Assembly (NCBI GenBank): GCA_000708835.1
Contig: DF237406.1
Location: 12,000 to 75,999, forward strand
DNA from: Klebsormidium nitens
Lineage: Eukaryota; Plantae; Klebsormidiophyceae
DNA length: 64,000 nucleotides
Direction of reading: 5' to 3'
Positions 48,901-61,388 of this stretch are shown here, piece by piece. The position numbers and the translations under genes are program-made. Positions within the stretch are counted from its first letter, which is position 1. Each line of letters opens with the position of its first letter. The notes beneath the pieces are model-generated. The model made no database searches, was not told where the DNA came from, and was given only the letters and a program-made list of their open reading frames with translations.

Positions 48901-51900
48901 CGTGCTATCCCCTCGAGCTGTATTCACACCAGGGTTAAACGGCCCCTGCCCCGGAAGGGCCCCGTACCCAACCCCCGGAGTCGAATTGCTCCTCTGATAG
49001 AACTTCGGCGCCCCCGTGAGATTGTTCGGAACGAACGGGGCGGCGTTTGCATTTGCGACGCGCGAGGTGGCTACGCTGGTGGCGGCGCCTGTCGCGCCGC
49101 TACTAGGATTGAGGGACGCAGATTTCGGGATAAAAGGAGCAGCGTTGATGTTCGCCGGAAGGCTCTTCATAGAGGGAGCGGCAGACATAGCTAAAGAGAC
49201 CCCAGACTCGGCCGTCCTTGGTTTCACGGGGGACGGTTGCGGTGTGCCTGAGGGAGTATTTCCACCAGTCGGAGTACCTGGGGCGCTGCTACTGGAAGTA
49301 TGCACACCAGTCGAGACCGCTTGCAAACCTTGGGATCCGAAGCCCACGCTAGAGCTCAGAGCCAACCCAACGCTTACGCCACTAGAATCACCACTTTTGC
49401 TGACCTTCGCTTGTTCTACACCGTCTACTTTAAGCACCTCCAGCGCTCGTGCTTCAGCCCCGTTTCCCCCCTCCCCAGTCGCTGTTCCGTTCGCCCCCCC
49501 TCCCGGGCTCGTCCCATCTCCCCCCCCTCCTTTGCCAGGCGTTATGCCCCCCCAAGCGTTCAAGGCCGCGCGCTGCGCAGCCGCTACGGCTGCTGGGACA
49601 AACGCGGGGGCTGACACCGGAAGGATACTCCGGGCTTGCAACGTCTGGACCAATGAGGAAGCGCCAGGTGTCCCGGGCTTTTTAGGGGAGGCAAGCGTCG
49701 GAGCGGCAGCTGGGGCATTGCCGGGAGCAGTCGGGGCTGACGATGTGGCCAGCGGTTTGGCAGAGTTTAGCTGGGCGGAGCCAGGAGGGCTGCAAACAAG
49801 CCGCTTGGTTAGGTTATGATTCAAAAAGTCGGTTAAGGAACATTATCGGTTGGTTTCCCAGTTTCCCAGCAAAACCGAATCGGTCAGAGCGTAGCTACTG
49901 TTGAGAGGACTCAAGCTGCGGGGCTGTGTAGAGATTCATTTTGTTACTGTCTTCTACAGTGGTAACAATTTCGAAGGGGCAAACCATACAGTGCCTGGTC
50001 TGAGGGTCCACAAGCTAGCTCCAGAATCACTGGAGTTCTGGACGCAGATAATACATTTGTCCTTTGCCTGAGGCCTTTACCAAACTCTGACTCACAGGCT
50101 TCAGCCGGAGAAGGAAACTCACGCAACAGCTTCAGATTGAAATGGTCAAAGAGATTTACTCACTCCATCCTTGTTATGCCCACAATATCATGATTGTATT
50201 CACAGCCCCCATTCTCATCCTGTATGAAAGGAGAAGCACCAGCATCAGTATCAGTAGGACATGTCCACAATGACCGACTGCCTTGCACAATCTTTTTACG
50301 GTATGCATGACACTGGGGCCAAGACAAGTGTCTAGGCTGTGTGATCACAGGCTTCCTTATCATCCTCCAAATAGGATCTTTGGCATCTGCCGGACATTTC
50401 GGAGACGAGCAATTTGGACGTCAAAGTTGATACCAAACTATTGCAAGCAAGCCAACTGTGTCCAATGAAGCAACATACAACATACAAAGCATCACAATCT
50501 CAAACAAGTAAGAGCATAGAATGTAGAAGCTCTGAGAGGTGGTGTCGCTTTGGAATGCTCTAGAGCAGCATCTAAAAGTGATCCATCAAACAAGGAAGGA
50601 CCGTACCTTGCAGTACCCGGTGAGAAGCAGATTCCGGCAGGCTTTCTCCTTCTTTGGCACAGCGCCTGGCGAGGGGAGAGTTGGTCATGAACCACGGAGC
50701 AAGAATGGCAAGCCAGAATGTAGACACCATCTTCTCACAAGGCGAAGCACAACGCTTGACAAGGTCCCTGGTTCTCTGTCTTTCTGCCTCATCAGTGCTA
50801 TGAGGTATTCTTCCGCAAAAACGCCTTGCCAGCGCTTGCTGTGGTCGTGTCTGAGGTGTCTCAACTTCTACCTGACCCTCTTGACGGGCTTTCAGGTGAC
50901 AACGCCAATCCAAGCCCTGCACCTTGAAGGAGATTTTCAAGACATGCCAAGTTCCACCATATGGTGGCACCGCAGCTTTCAAGCTGAAACCTTTTCAGCT
51001 GCTGACCTGAGCAATGCAACACAGAGAACGCAACCAGTGTAATAGATGATTTGGACTTTAACAAGAACGGTGTTAAAGACTTGCTAGGGTTTGTCAAGCT
51101 GACCTGACTTGGCCACATTGCCCCTTTCCTCCAGGCTGTGCGAAAAGTTACACTGGTCCCCAAAGAAGCATGTTCCTGACGTGGCCCAATATCGGCAGGT
51201 GACAGTACTGCAGAAAAAGTTCAGTCTTTTCAGACTGCTTATACAGATTTCATTTCGCAGGTTCAGCATGTTGCTTGTTCCCACAAACGAATGGTGATAA
51301 GCTCGAGTCTTCACTCTCGGCTACGTCTTTCTGCAATTGACACCTAAAAGGAGGCCTGGAAAAAGTGTACCTTTTGATAGCTAGCGCCCTCTCTGTGATG
51401 GCCGACTCGTGTTGACTGAATCTCTCGAGCAAGAGTATGGTCGCATTTGACTGAAGGTCATGGGGGAGACTGTAACTGTTCTATCACCATGCCTCATAAT
51501 GGAAATTGTTAGCACTCAGATTTGGCCGTTAAGAAGTCACTAGGGTTCGATGGATGTCGAAAGCCTGCATAAACTTGGTTTCCATCTGTGCCATGGATTC
51601 TGCAAGTCTTCCTTGAATGAAGCTCTGCAATCCAATTGAGAGGCACTCTGACAGCCGTTCCATGCATTGCCTTGGCACTGCACTGGAGCGTGGAATGTAT
51701 GCATGCTTCGAAATCTGTTATCAGAAAAGTGTTTGGAGCTCAATTTGATTGCCCAGTGCTTTAACAAGCATATCGTCAGCGAAATGTACACCTTCCAATC
51801 AACCGTACTCGAAGGTGGTATGGTAAAGCAAGAACTCTCAGATTCAAGAATGTGTCAACCAGGACGCAAACCTCGCTCCTGGACTTCCATGTAATCTAGT

Positions 51901-52050
51901 CTACTTGCCGATAGCCAGTATGCCGAGAATCCTGGTGTTCTGACTGGTGGAATGAGCAGCATTGTCTCCCATGATGGACAGAATCCGTAAGCTGCATGGA
52001 GGAGCCAAAGCCCGCAGAAGAGCTTACCTTGGGTCTGTAGGAGAACTCAT
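42925..52050 (-). CDS. PAN3: PAN2-PAN3 deadenylase subunit PAN3 (CCCH zinc finger, PAM2-like motifs, pseudokinase, knob)
   Basis: Exons 52050-52028, 51207-51109 (CRYWATSGTCFFGDQCNFSH), 49789-48754 (NINAAPFIPK, NANAAPFVPN), 48290-47785, 47389-47104 (GGATYF), 46559-46377, 45555-45331, 44962-44684, 44110-43970, 43380-43000/42925. The last carries ELEKESENGRLLR and [20 protein letters not shown]...DWGHIIEALNKLDAG. The 3' end is ambiguous (possible donor at 43000). Confidence 0.93.
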
Positions 52051-52781
52051 GGCTTCAGTCCAAGCACGCCTCGACCGCAGGGTTTCTCATTGCCACGCCA
52101 CAAGCTCCAAAATGATGCTGCTGTCTGTGTGTAGTCTGTGAAATTAAGTGCCTGTAGAATCCCAGATAGAATGCTTCCCTCTTCAAAAATTTGAGGGCAG
52201 CATCCACTCACATTGACAATGACAATGTCACATGCATAGTCCAAGTCTGTTCAGCAAGTCTGCTGCATGTATAGTGACCATATACTGTATTGCTTCATGC
52301 GTTTTCAGAAAGTCTGATTCGGAGATCAGCAGACGTAACCTCACGTGCCTGCATGAGAACGCGGCTCCTACTTCTGCAACAGGAAGCAGGGAAGGGGAAA
52401 GTTCTCAACTTTAGCCATTCTGCAAAAATGTTGTGAAAAGGAACTCACAAAAGCGCCCAGAACTTGACGGAAGTTGTGCGCTTTTCAAGTTCTTTTCCAG
52501 TTCTCAGAGGTGGACGTTGAATGTTCCAGACTCCAGAGAGTGGCAGAGTATGTACCTACTTTGCTCAGCGCCGAAAGGATTGAAAACAATGAGAAACTCA
52601 AGAGCTACTTTAAGTTTTGGCTGCATTGAAAGAGCCCTCCCAAGTTGCTACGCATCAATGCTGTTGACATCATGAGCCAGCGCTTTGGCCCCTTTCACGA
52701 TTCCGCAAGCTGAGCTGGCAACCGCTTCGGAAACACGTCCTCATATGAGTTTGCCAGCTTGATATCTCTCAGGGCTCGCCA
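52051..52781. promoter_or_regulatory. Short divergent (head-to-head) region between PAN3 and FMT
   Basis: PAN3 ATG at 52050 (-) and FMT ATG at 52782 (+) are ~730 bp apart. A possible PAN3 5'-UTR exon (cag|...|gttacg, ~52335-52369) lies inside. No specific motifs identified. Confidence 0.35.
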
Positions 52782-55700
52782 ATGGCTGAATGCAGAATGG
52801 CATTTGCAACCCGTCTACGGACCATAGCTGCGCTTAGCCCCAGCTTGGCAGCACGACACATTGGATCTTCTAGAATGCTCGGTGCAGCACCAATCTGGGA
52901 AGTTGCTGAAAGGCAAAGTACTAGCCACCACCACCACCATCAAGAAGTGTGGCCATCAATTCTCTCAAACTCTGACAGGCAGTCCCAGAGTAGGAGCTTG
53001 CAAGCTGTACTGCATGGGTGCAGTAACGTCAGCAGTTGGCAGGGCCCAACTAAGTTTGTTTCGCATCCAACCCAGTTGCCTGCAGAACAGTCTTCGCTGT
53101 TCGATCAAGTTCAGGGAAAAAAGGTCTCACCTGCAGTCTGGGGCTGCAGAGTTCAGACTGTGCTTCCACCAAGCAGGAACAAGCGTTATGATGCTCTGTC
53201 GCTGTCAGTACGCTGCAACAGTAGTGGTACGCAAAGTGAACGTGCCGTCGAAATCGAACATCAGAAGAGTGGGCAGCTCGAAGGGGCTAAACGAAGAGTT
53301 GTCTTCTTAGGAACTCCAGAGGTACGTGAACTTCCTCCCGTTAGCATCCAAATGTCACAATTGGAGGAGTACCTGCAGAATTGCCAATTTCAATCTCGCT
53401 TGGAACTGACAGTGCGTTCTAGGGTGGAAGCAGAGAGGATGAACGCAAGTTTTGTTCACTAATCAACATCAAATGACCGTCTTCTACAGTTGGTGATATT
53501 GCCTTATGGGACTGCCTGAAGGCGTTGATCATACCAGTTTTGTATCATATATCCATGTCAAGGACACTTGTTGCAGGGTCATGACGCGACGCGCAGTGGC
53601 AGAAAAGCGGCAGCGATAACTCATCTTCCGGTAAAACTGGATAGAAACAGTCCCACACGTCGAACAACTAGAAATGGACTTTCTCAAAATTGAGGGGCCA
53701 CTGATGAGATAGTCTGCTCTTCAGGTCGCTGCGGGTGTGCTGAGGAGACTGCTTGAGGAAGCAGCTAAAGAGAACAGTCTATTTGAGGTGAGGTCTCGAA
53801 GCCATGTTAATCGGGCTTTTCTCAGCCTGAGATTGCTGTCGATGCCATGAGACGAGTTCTCGTACCTCTCTGTCTGAAATAGGATGAAGGTTCTTCCGAC
53901 CAGCTTGCCCTAAGCCCTCTTTCTGGCGGGACTTGGTCAACGACGAATGTAACTCAGTCTGCAAAAGACCCCAAATCCAGACTCTGCCCCTCCGATGGAG
54001 GTGTGTCCATCATAAACAGCTCCACCCTTTCACGTCAAATAGTCCCATGTTATGTATTCAATTGACACTTGATCTTTTCGATCTGCAGATCACGGCTGTT
54101 GTTTCGCAGCCCGCGGCTAAGCAAGGCCGCGGTCGCAAGCTGTTGCCTTCCTCAGTCTCGGCCCTAGCTCTGGAGTCGGGTCTACCGGAGGACCGTCTCT
54201 TGTGTCCGGACACAGCCCGGGAGGTAGGAACATCGACTCTCATCCTCGAAAAACCGGCTTTTCATTTAGTCTAGAATCGCCTCCTCCTTGGAAGTCGCTT
54301 GCTTCGACATAAGACTGCCACGTGTCTACCATTTGGTCCGAGTTCTATCTGCTTTTACCTTTTCATAGTAAGACATTTTATATGCTTTTACCTTTCCGTA
54401 GTAAGACGTTCCACTTGCTTTTTCCTTTCCACAATTAGACTCGGCTTCGCACGATCTGACAGTACCACACTTCGTATCCTGCACTATCAAGGACCCGCCG
54501 AAGACCAACCTCCTTCTATTTCCCGTCCCATAACAGTTCTCCCTGCTTTGGCGTTACTCTTTGCCCTACTGCTAACGTCATTCTCGTCTTTGTTCAGGAA
54601 GCGTTTCTTGAGAGGCTGTCCGACCTTGCTCCAGACCTGTGCGTCACGGCTGCTTATGGCAACATCCTCCCAAACAAGTTCCTGGCGATACCGCGCTGTG
54701 GTGAGCCTTACCTGAAAGGTTCACTTTAGGCCTCCCTCCGAAAGGGACTGTGTCAGTAAAGCCGAAGAATCCAACGTGCTAACTGTTTCCTTGATGATCT
54801 GGCCTTACTTGTGACGAGAATGATCTCAGACGACCGGTGAGGCGACTGCACCTTTCTGGGGATAATTCGAGGTTAAGAACTGGTCAATGCCACGGCTTCG
54901 AGCTTAGAAGACATCGTTCCAACTCAGAGAAAAGGAGTTCTTGAAATGAGGCGTGTTCAAACGCGACTCAATGTCACAGAACGGATGAGGGCCCAGCCCT
55001 CTGCAACCTTTTCCAATCAATTGATCGCATGTTCCGTACTGCTTCGTCAATCTTTTCATAAACTCTTAATTGTCAAGTTTCCTTCTTGGAATGCCTCAGA
55101 AAAAATGACGACTACACTCTTCACTCGACTTTGAGAAACTTTCGAAACTTTCAGTTGATGTGTCCTTCTGCTGAAGCACAGCCGTCCGATCGTTTAGGGA
55201 CGTTGAACATCCATCCGAGCCTGCTGCCGCTCTACCGAGGCGCCTCACCGGTGCAGAGAGCGATTGAGGTACGCTCCTGATCGATGTTGCTCGCGTTTCT
55301 TGTTGTGTGAAGTCGGAAACGGAGTCTCTTTGCGCGTCGAGCCTGCTCTTTGCAAATTGAAAAGACGGAATGGTATCTCTAACATTCTCAGACGTGTTCT
55401 GAGTTTTTTGTCAGTATGTTCCACAGTTCCACGGCGAGCCTTGAGGATCAGATTTCTTTTGAGCAACCTTCCAAATACAAATAGTCGTCAGCTCTTAGCT
55501 TACTTTCTAAAGGCAGGCGGTGCCACATTGGCATTTTCAAATCCTTAGTTCAATCTCAGAGGTGTTAAAGTCAGAAGCGAGCAGATATTTGCCTTTCCTC
55601 CCGCCTCAAAATGCAGTTTCCGCAATTTGGATCCTCCTTTCCGAGTGACTCTATTGTATCATTTCAGCCTCGGCGGACCCATGATTTGAGCGGTTCTGCA

Positions 55701-58537
55701 CCTGTTGGGCGGTTGGCATCTGAAATTTAGTCTGAGGTCGACGTGATTCGTTACTTCGCACAAATAAGCTAGAGACCTCACCAAGACAAACAATCTGCGA
55801 TAAATTGGATGGATGTTGCGTGCGTTTCAGGCGGGCGAAAAGGTCACCGGCGTCACCGTTGCGTTCACAGTGCGAGCAATGGATGCTGGGCCGGTTCTGG
55901 CACAGGAGGAAGTCGAAGTGGACCCAAACATCAAGGTGAGCGTCCAACGTCTGTAAGGGGGCGTCGAAGGATCGAACCCCGCTAAGTAACAGGTGTGGCC
56001 AGGCCTCCGCTCTGGCGGTCGCCCATCGGCAACACTCAATTACAGATCTTTGCCTGTGTTCCTTTGGAGAGCCGAAATGGGGGACGCCCTCCGTAACAAT
56101 CAGGGGCGTCTGCTTCGGGCAGGTGCCACCCAATGGTGGCTCTTTGCTGATTGATGATTATCTGCTAAGGTGTTCAAGGCATCAGTGCTAAAGCAGAAGA
56201 GACGGGAGATGTTCACGTGGATTGTGGCGTTGTGACTGGGCAGGACAAAGTGGCACGTAGTTCTCAAGCGGACCGCGACTTTTGGACAAGCTGATGCAAA
56301 TAACAGTACCTCGTGAAAGAGGGCGTCGTTTGAATGTGAAAGCTCGGAATTACGCGGGCGACAGAGGAGCCCACCAGTCTGCTTCCTGGTCACCAGGAAT
56401 CTGTGTGTTTCCTTGAACGTTCGACGGTTTTCTTACTGGCCGGTTGGATGACGTTGCGAAAGCGCCTTCTTGACGCTTTTTCTTTGCATGAATTTCCAGG
56501 CCCCTGAGCTACTAGAATATCTGTTTAGGCGAGGTAAGGAAGCTTCCCGTCTGATGGCTCGTTTCCTAAGCTCCTAAAATGGTTGCAACCATTTCCATCA
56601 GATTGAGTTGCTGATTGAGCAAAGTCACTGGTCAACTTATCAATCGGCGACCTTTGTTCCCCACAGTCAAAGTCAATACCTACGTCTGATGCAAGTTCTC
56701 CAGCCTGTTGCTCAACTTGGGGATCATTGTAGGGCCCATCTGAAGGGTCCGAGCTGACAGCAGCTTCCTTGCAGGAACGGATCTTCTGCTGCGGAACCTG
56801 CCGTCCGTGTTCGACGGAACCGCTGCGGAGCGGGCTACCGAGCAAGATCACGCGAAAAAAACGGAAGCACCAAAGGTGAGGAATCGATCCTTCGTTTCCT
56901 TCGTGCGAGCTTCATCAATGTGTGGGTCAGATGCAATTTCAACGCGAAGGGACTTTGATATTAGACCTGGCTGTTGCTCGGCGACCTTAGGGCTGCGGTT
57001 TCGGCCTTTGCTGTCGCTGCAAATTAGTCGCATCGAGTAAATTATGTATGGGCTTCTCCCTTGCCGAAACTTCGCACATTTTGAGACGCGCGTACTTGAG
57101 TGGAGTAACGTACTTTCGCTGATGTGCTTATGCAACGAGAGGGGATTGCTAGGTCGCGGTAGCTTTGGCTCTCGCTGATCATTGAACCGCTAGTGTTACG
57201 TACTCAACGTCTCCTTAGAACATTTGTCGATTGCGTTCCCGGTGCTCAAGCTTGCAGCGTTTGCGACGGCACTGGTTTGGCCAACTTTCAAATACAAGAA
57301 CAATCAAGCAGAACTCTTTTGAAAGTCTCGTGGCGCTCTGACGAGTTGCCTATTTTGTCCAATACTGGTGAACTACGTGGAAAGAGACCCGCCAAAGGCG
57401 TTTAAGTTGAGACTCGTATTGGCAATAGTCGAATGATTCTGTTTTGTTTGCAGGTACGGATAGAGGAGGGGAATCTGGACTTCGAACAACCAGCATCTGT
57501 GCTACATAACAAGGTACGCGTCGTACCCTCGTAATCACAGGCCACCTAAGTCGGTTGAGTCGAACGGGGCCATGATCACGAATCAGATTCTTTAGTTTCA
57601 CGATCCAGAGTGTTGTCATGCCGGAAAGTGTTGCGACAGCGAGATCTATGAACGATTGCAACTTGCAGGTGCGCGCATTTGCCGGGTGGCCCGGAACGAA
57701 AGCAACCTTCTACATCCGATCGGACGGCTCAGAAGAGTCGGAGCCGGTGACGGTGAAGGTCATCACGACACGTGTCGTCGAGGGGGAGGGCGCCGAGGGC
57801 GACTCGAAAGAGGTGACGCTATCCAAGACGGGGCTTCGAGTGACGTGTGTGGATGGATCTATTTTGGAGGTGAGCTCTTCCTTCTCTGGCTTTCTTTTCC
57901 TCTCTTTCCGCCTGCCATTTTTTCGTTGATTTTGGGGTTGGTCCGTAACCAGATTGAGAGCCTTAGCGAAAAAGAATGAGCTTTCTTATCGGTTTTCCTT
58001 TCAGTAATTCCGGGTCGTTTTTTTACAGTCCACTTGTTGCGTTTCTGCCTGGCCTTCAGCAGGTCTGCGCCTGAGTCAGACAACGGGTCCTTCGAGAATC
58101 AAGCTTCAAACAGTCAGAGCTTCAGCTTCAGAGCGACTTGCGTGTTTCGGTCTGCTTTTCTTAGCATTCTTTCAACGAAACGCTGTTGCCGTGGGCTCCA
58201 TCTTTTGGGTTTGCACCTAAAAACCTGTTTGGAATCTACCTCCTAAACCTCTCAAGAGTCCCACTGACACGCAGTCTTGTGGCACGTTCCTCCGGAAGAA
58301 TGCTCTATCCGGATCTTTCTCGTCTGCTTGCATCTAGTCTCCGTGACTGCTCCATCTAGAGTGACGCCTTCTCCGCAACGATACCCACAATATGTAGACA
58401 CTTTCTCTCCTTCCTGTTTCCAGATTCAAGAGCTGCAGCCGCCAAGCAAGAAGCCGATGCGCGGGCGGGACTTTTGGAACGGGCTTCGAGGTCGGCGGCT
58501 GTACAGGGGCGAAGTGGAGGCGAAAATCCCTTACTAG
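52782..58537 (+). CDS. FMT: Organellar methionyl-tRNA formyltransferase with long N-terminal transit peptide
   Basis: Exons 52782-53321, 53725-53787, 54089-54223, 54598-54700, 55198-55268, 55831-55935, 56500-56533, 56775-56875, 57454-57513, 57669-57869, 58424-58537. Motifs VVFLGTPE, VVSQP...GRGRK, TAAYGNILP, LNIHPSLLPLYRGASPVQRAI, GVTVAFTVRAMDAGP, VRAFAGWPG, ELQPPSKKPM. Confidence 0.95.
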
Positions 58538-58921
58538 CACGAAAGTTGACCACTCAAGTCGGCACCCCACCCCCTGATTAGGAAGCAAACGGTATTGACT
58601 CACACGTCTCGGACTAATTTCGGAATCTTGAAAGATGCACGGCAAAGGCGGAATGGCTGTTATCGAATGTATCAAACGTGCCTTGCGCGGCCTGAATCTG
58701 CTTCTGCAGGAATGTTGAAATAAGCCACGTTGCTGACGAGCTACATTTTCCCCAACCGGGGATAAAATGACTTATAATTGGAGCGAACCACAAATTGAAC
58801 AGGCCATCATACTAGAGTATGATTCTAAGCTGCTTTATAGCAACTATTTAGTAAGACAATATTCCATGTATATGATACTGTACTAATGATGGTTGGATAT
58901 ACATGCCATGATGCAAGTTTG

Positions 58922-59007
58922 ATCTTGATTTGATTGGGCAATAGGCAGTGCACTGGTCGGTCGACCGGCCATTGCACTGCATGCCTATCGCTAGATCAAA
59001 TCAAGAT
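58922..59007. other. 86-nt imperfect palindrome (foldback hairpin)
   Basis: atcttgatttgat pairs with atcaaatcaagat; gcaataggca with tgcctatcgc; gtgca with tgcac; the centre tggtcggtcgaccggcca is a near-perfect palindrome. Confidence 0.75.
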
Positions 59008-59306
59008 GCATGCAGGGGATTTTGTTTTGACTCCAGGATTTTGGGGTTGCGTTAAATTTTGTTTCTAATCTTCCACACTTTTCTACATTGATCTTGCGCT
59101 GACCCCCAACCGCTTTTCGACAGCGGGTTTCAGCTGATAATCTGTTTTCATATTTTGCCAGAACAAAGCTATTGCGACAATCCCAGTCACGTCTAAGGCT
59201 CCCTAGCTATTAGAACAATGGCAGGCCGCTACTCAAACACTTCTGATACACTAATCGTTTTTAGTGCACTTAGCGCACCAGACATCTTGGCTTTCAAGCT
59301 TGAAGT

Positions 59307-60388
59307 TCAACTTTTGCCTGGAACCATGTTGTGCTTTTGCAGTCTTGACATTGCCCAAACCAGACAACCTCCAAGGAGTGAAGCAAGTGCCGCTAAAGCA
59401 AGCAATGGCCTATCAACTCTCTTAGAAAAGTCCCTTAACAAAGCTTCCGCCTCCGCATGCCGACCTTGTGCCTCTAAACACATAGCCAAGCTTTTCAAAC
59501 TCTGCACAGTGTCCGGATGGTCAGGGCCTAATATGGACATGTTGCTGTTCAAAGCCTGCCTATGAAGCGCCTCTGCTTCTGCATGCCGCCCTTGTGCTCC
59601 TACCACATTCGCAAGAATATTCATGCTTCGCAATGTAAGATAGTTCATTGGACCCGATGCTATGGTCCATCCTTCCAAAGCGCGCCGGTTCAACTTTTCC
59701 GCTTCATCATACCGGCCCTGTTGTTGCACAGCGTTCGCCAAGTTGTTCAGCGTCGTCAACGTCTGCGGGTGCATAGGTCCCAATGTTGCCTCCCTCCCCT
59801 CAAGGATCCGCATGTGCAACTCTTCGGCCTCCCCAACCCGTCCAAGTGCCAGCACAGCGTTTGCAAGGTTGTTTGCACTCCTCATTGTATGCGGGTGCGT
59901 CAGGCCGAGAGCAATCTCGCGCCCCTCCATACATTGCCGATGCAGTGGCTCCGATTCGGAGTACCGCCCTTGGAATTGAAGCGCATTTGCAAGGTTCGCC
60001 ATGCTTGCCAATGTATCTGGGTGTATCGGGCCCAGTATTTCCTCTCGCCTTTCTAGTGCTTCCCTATGCAGAGCCTCTGCTTCAGCATGCCGGCCTTGGC
60101 TCCCAATGACCCTCGCAAGGTTGCCCAAGCTTGCTAGTGTATCCCGGTGCATTGGCCCCAAAGTTGCTTCACTCCATTCCGAAACTTGGTGATGCAACAC
60201 CTCAGCCTCTTTGTATTGTCTATTTTCCTCCATCACTTTTGCTCGAGCGTTTACCTCTCCAACATTGCTGTCCAGAAGCCCAAGGATAGGAGACATATTC
60301 TGCATTTTGGCCAGGGGAATACGAGTCACCTGGTCTCCGTGTGCCGATCCTGGTTGACACAGGTTTAGAAGAAGCAAGTCATGTGCAC
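59307..60388 (-). CDS. Kinesin-light-chain-type (42-aa) TPR repeat protein, last exon; upstream part unresolved or degraded
   Basis: Open frame with six LGPxHPxTL..(N)LA....QGR..EAE repeats, in-frame acceptor cttgcag at 60388, and C-terminal hydrophobic stretch LLALAALASLLGGCLVWAM. Upstream frames at 60400-61380 contain stops. Confidence 0.8.
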
Positions 60389-61388
60389 CTGCAAGACCAC
60401 ATCCACAGAAGAAGACAGTTCAGTTAGCATAAGCCAGGGATTGCTCGAGCTGCAGGAAACGCTGTCTACATTCCTCATAGTATTCATCTTGAGCGTCAGG
60501 TTTTATCATGCTCTTCTCAGCAACTATCGTACTCTGCACAAAGAATTAGAATGACACAAGGTCACTAGTTGTTGATGTGCAGCGAAGCAACTTTGATGGC
60601 GAACCACGTGGAGTAAACACAGACGAAGATCAGAGAGCTTGAGTGAGCGCCTTAAACATGCTGGTTTTTTATTGACGCACTCAAATTTGATGGGACAACT
60701 CAAAAATCTGGAAGTCAAATGCTGGAATGCTTGATGTAAACAGCGTTCCTAATCCCAACTCAAGTACAGAATGAGCTTGCATTGACCAGCGGCGCAAAGA
60801 AGAACATCATCGATTTTAAGCCAGCAGTGCAGGCTGGTGGTGTCGAAGAGGGGCCTGCAATGCACGAAAGCAGAGGACTCTGGCGCATTTGCCAGTGACA
60901 GCATTGTATGTGCGGCCCACTGGAGGCCGTCAAGGCTTCACTGACTGAAAGTATGACAAGGGTCTCTAGCACTCATCACCAGATCACCAGCATAACATGG
61001 ACCTTCGAGTGCCCAAACTCCTCCAAAATTTCCTCCAAAGTTTACGAGGAGACTCAACACCTGAAGTTGTTGTTGCTCCCACCTTATCTCTCCGATTGGA
61101 GGGGCCTCAACCCAGCAGCTTCCAAATTGATCAAGTTTTCACACTTCATCAGCTTGTTTCTCCCCTGCTTGAAGCCAAGACAAGAAGAGCTCTAGCTGGC
61201 GCTTTGGCCACTAACATCTGTTCACATGTTACTGGCATTGTGGCATTGCATGGTCGACCCCGCGAGTTTTCTGCAACCAGCTACGGTATAGCAAAGGTCG
61301 CTTCTGCAAAGCTGTGCTGCCTCTCCATGCATGATGCAGCCTGGGATTGTTTGGCGACTGAAGCCTGGCCCTGCTGGTCTTCAAGTTA

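Noticed and set aside
49016-49819. 267-aa plus-strand ORF
   Set aside because: Antisense shadow of the GC-rich PAN3 low-complexity exon.
59218-60368. Several plus-strand ORFs of 63-164 aa
   Set aside because: Antisense shadows of the TPR repeat ORF.
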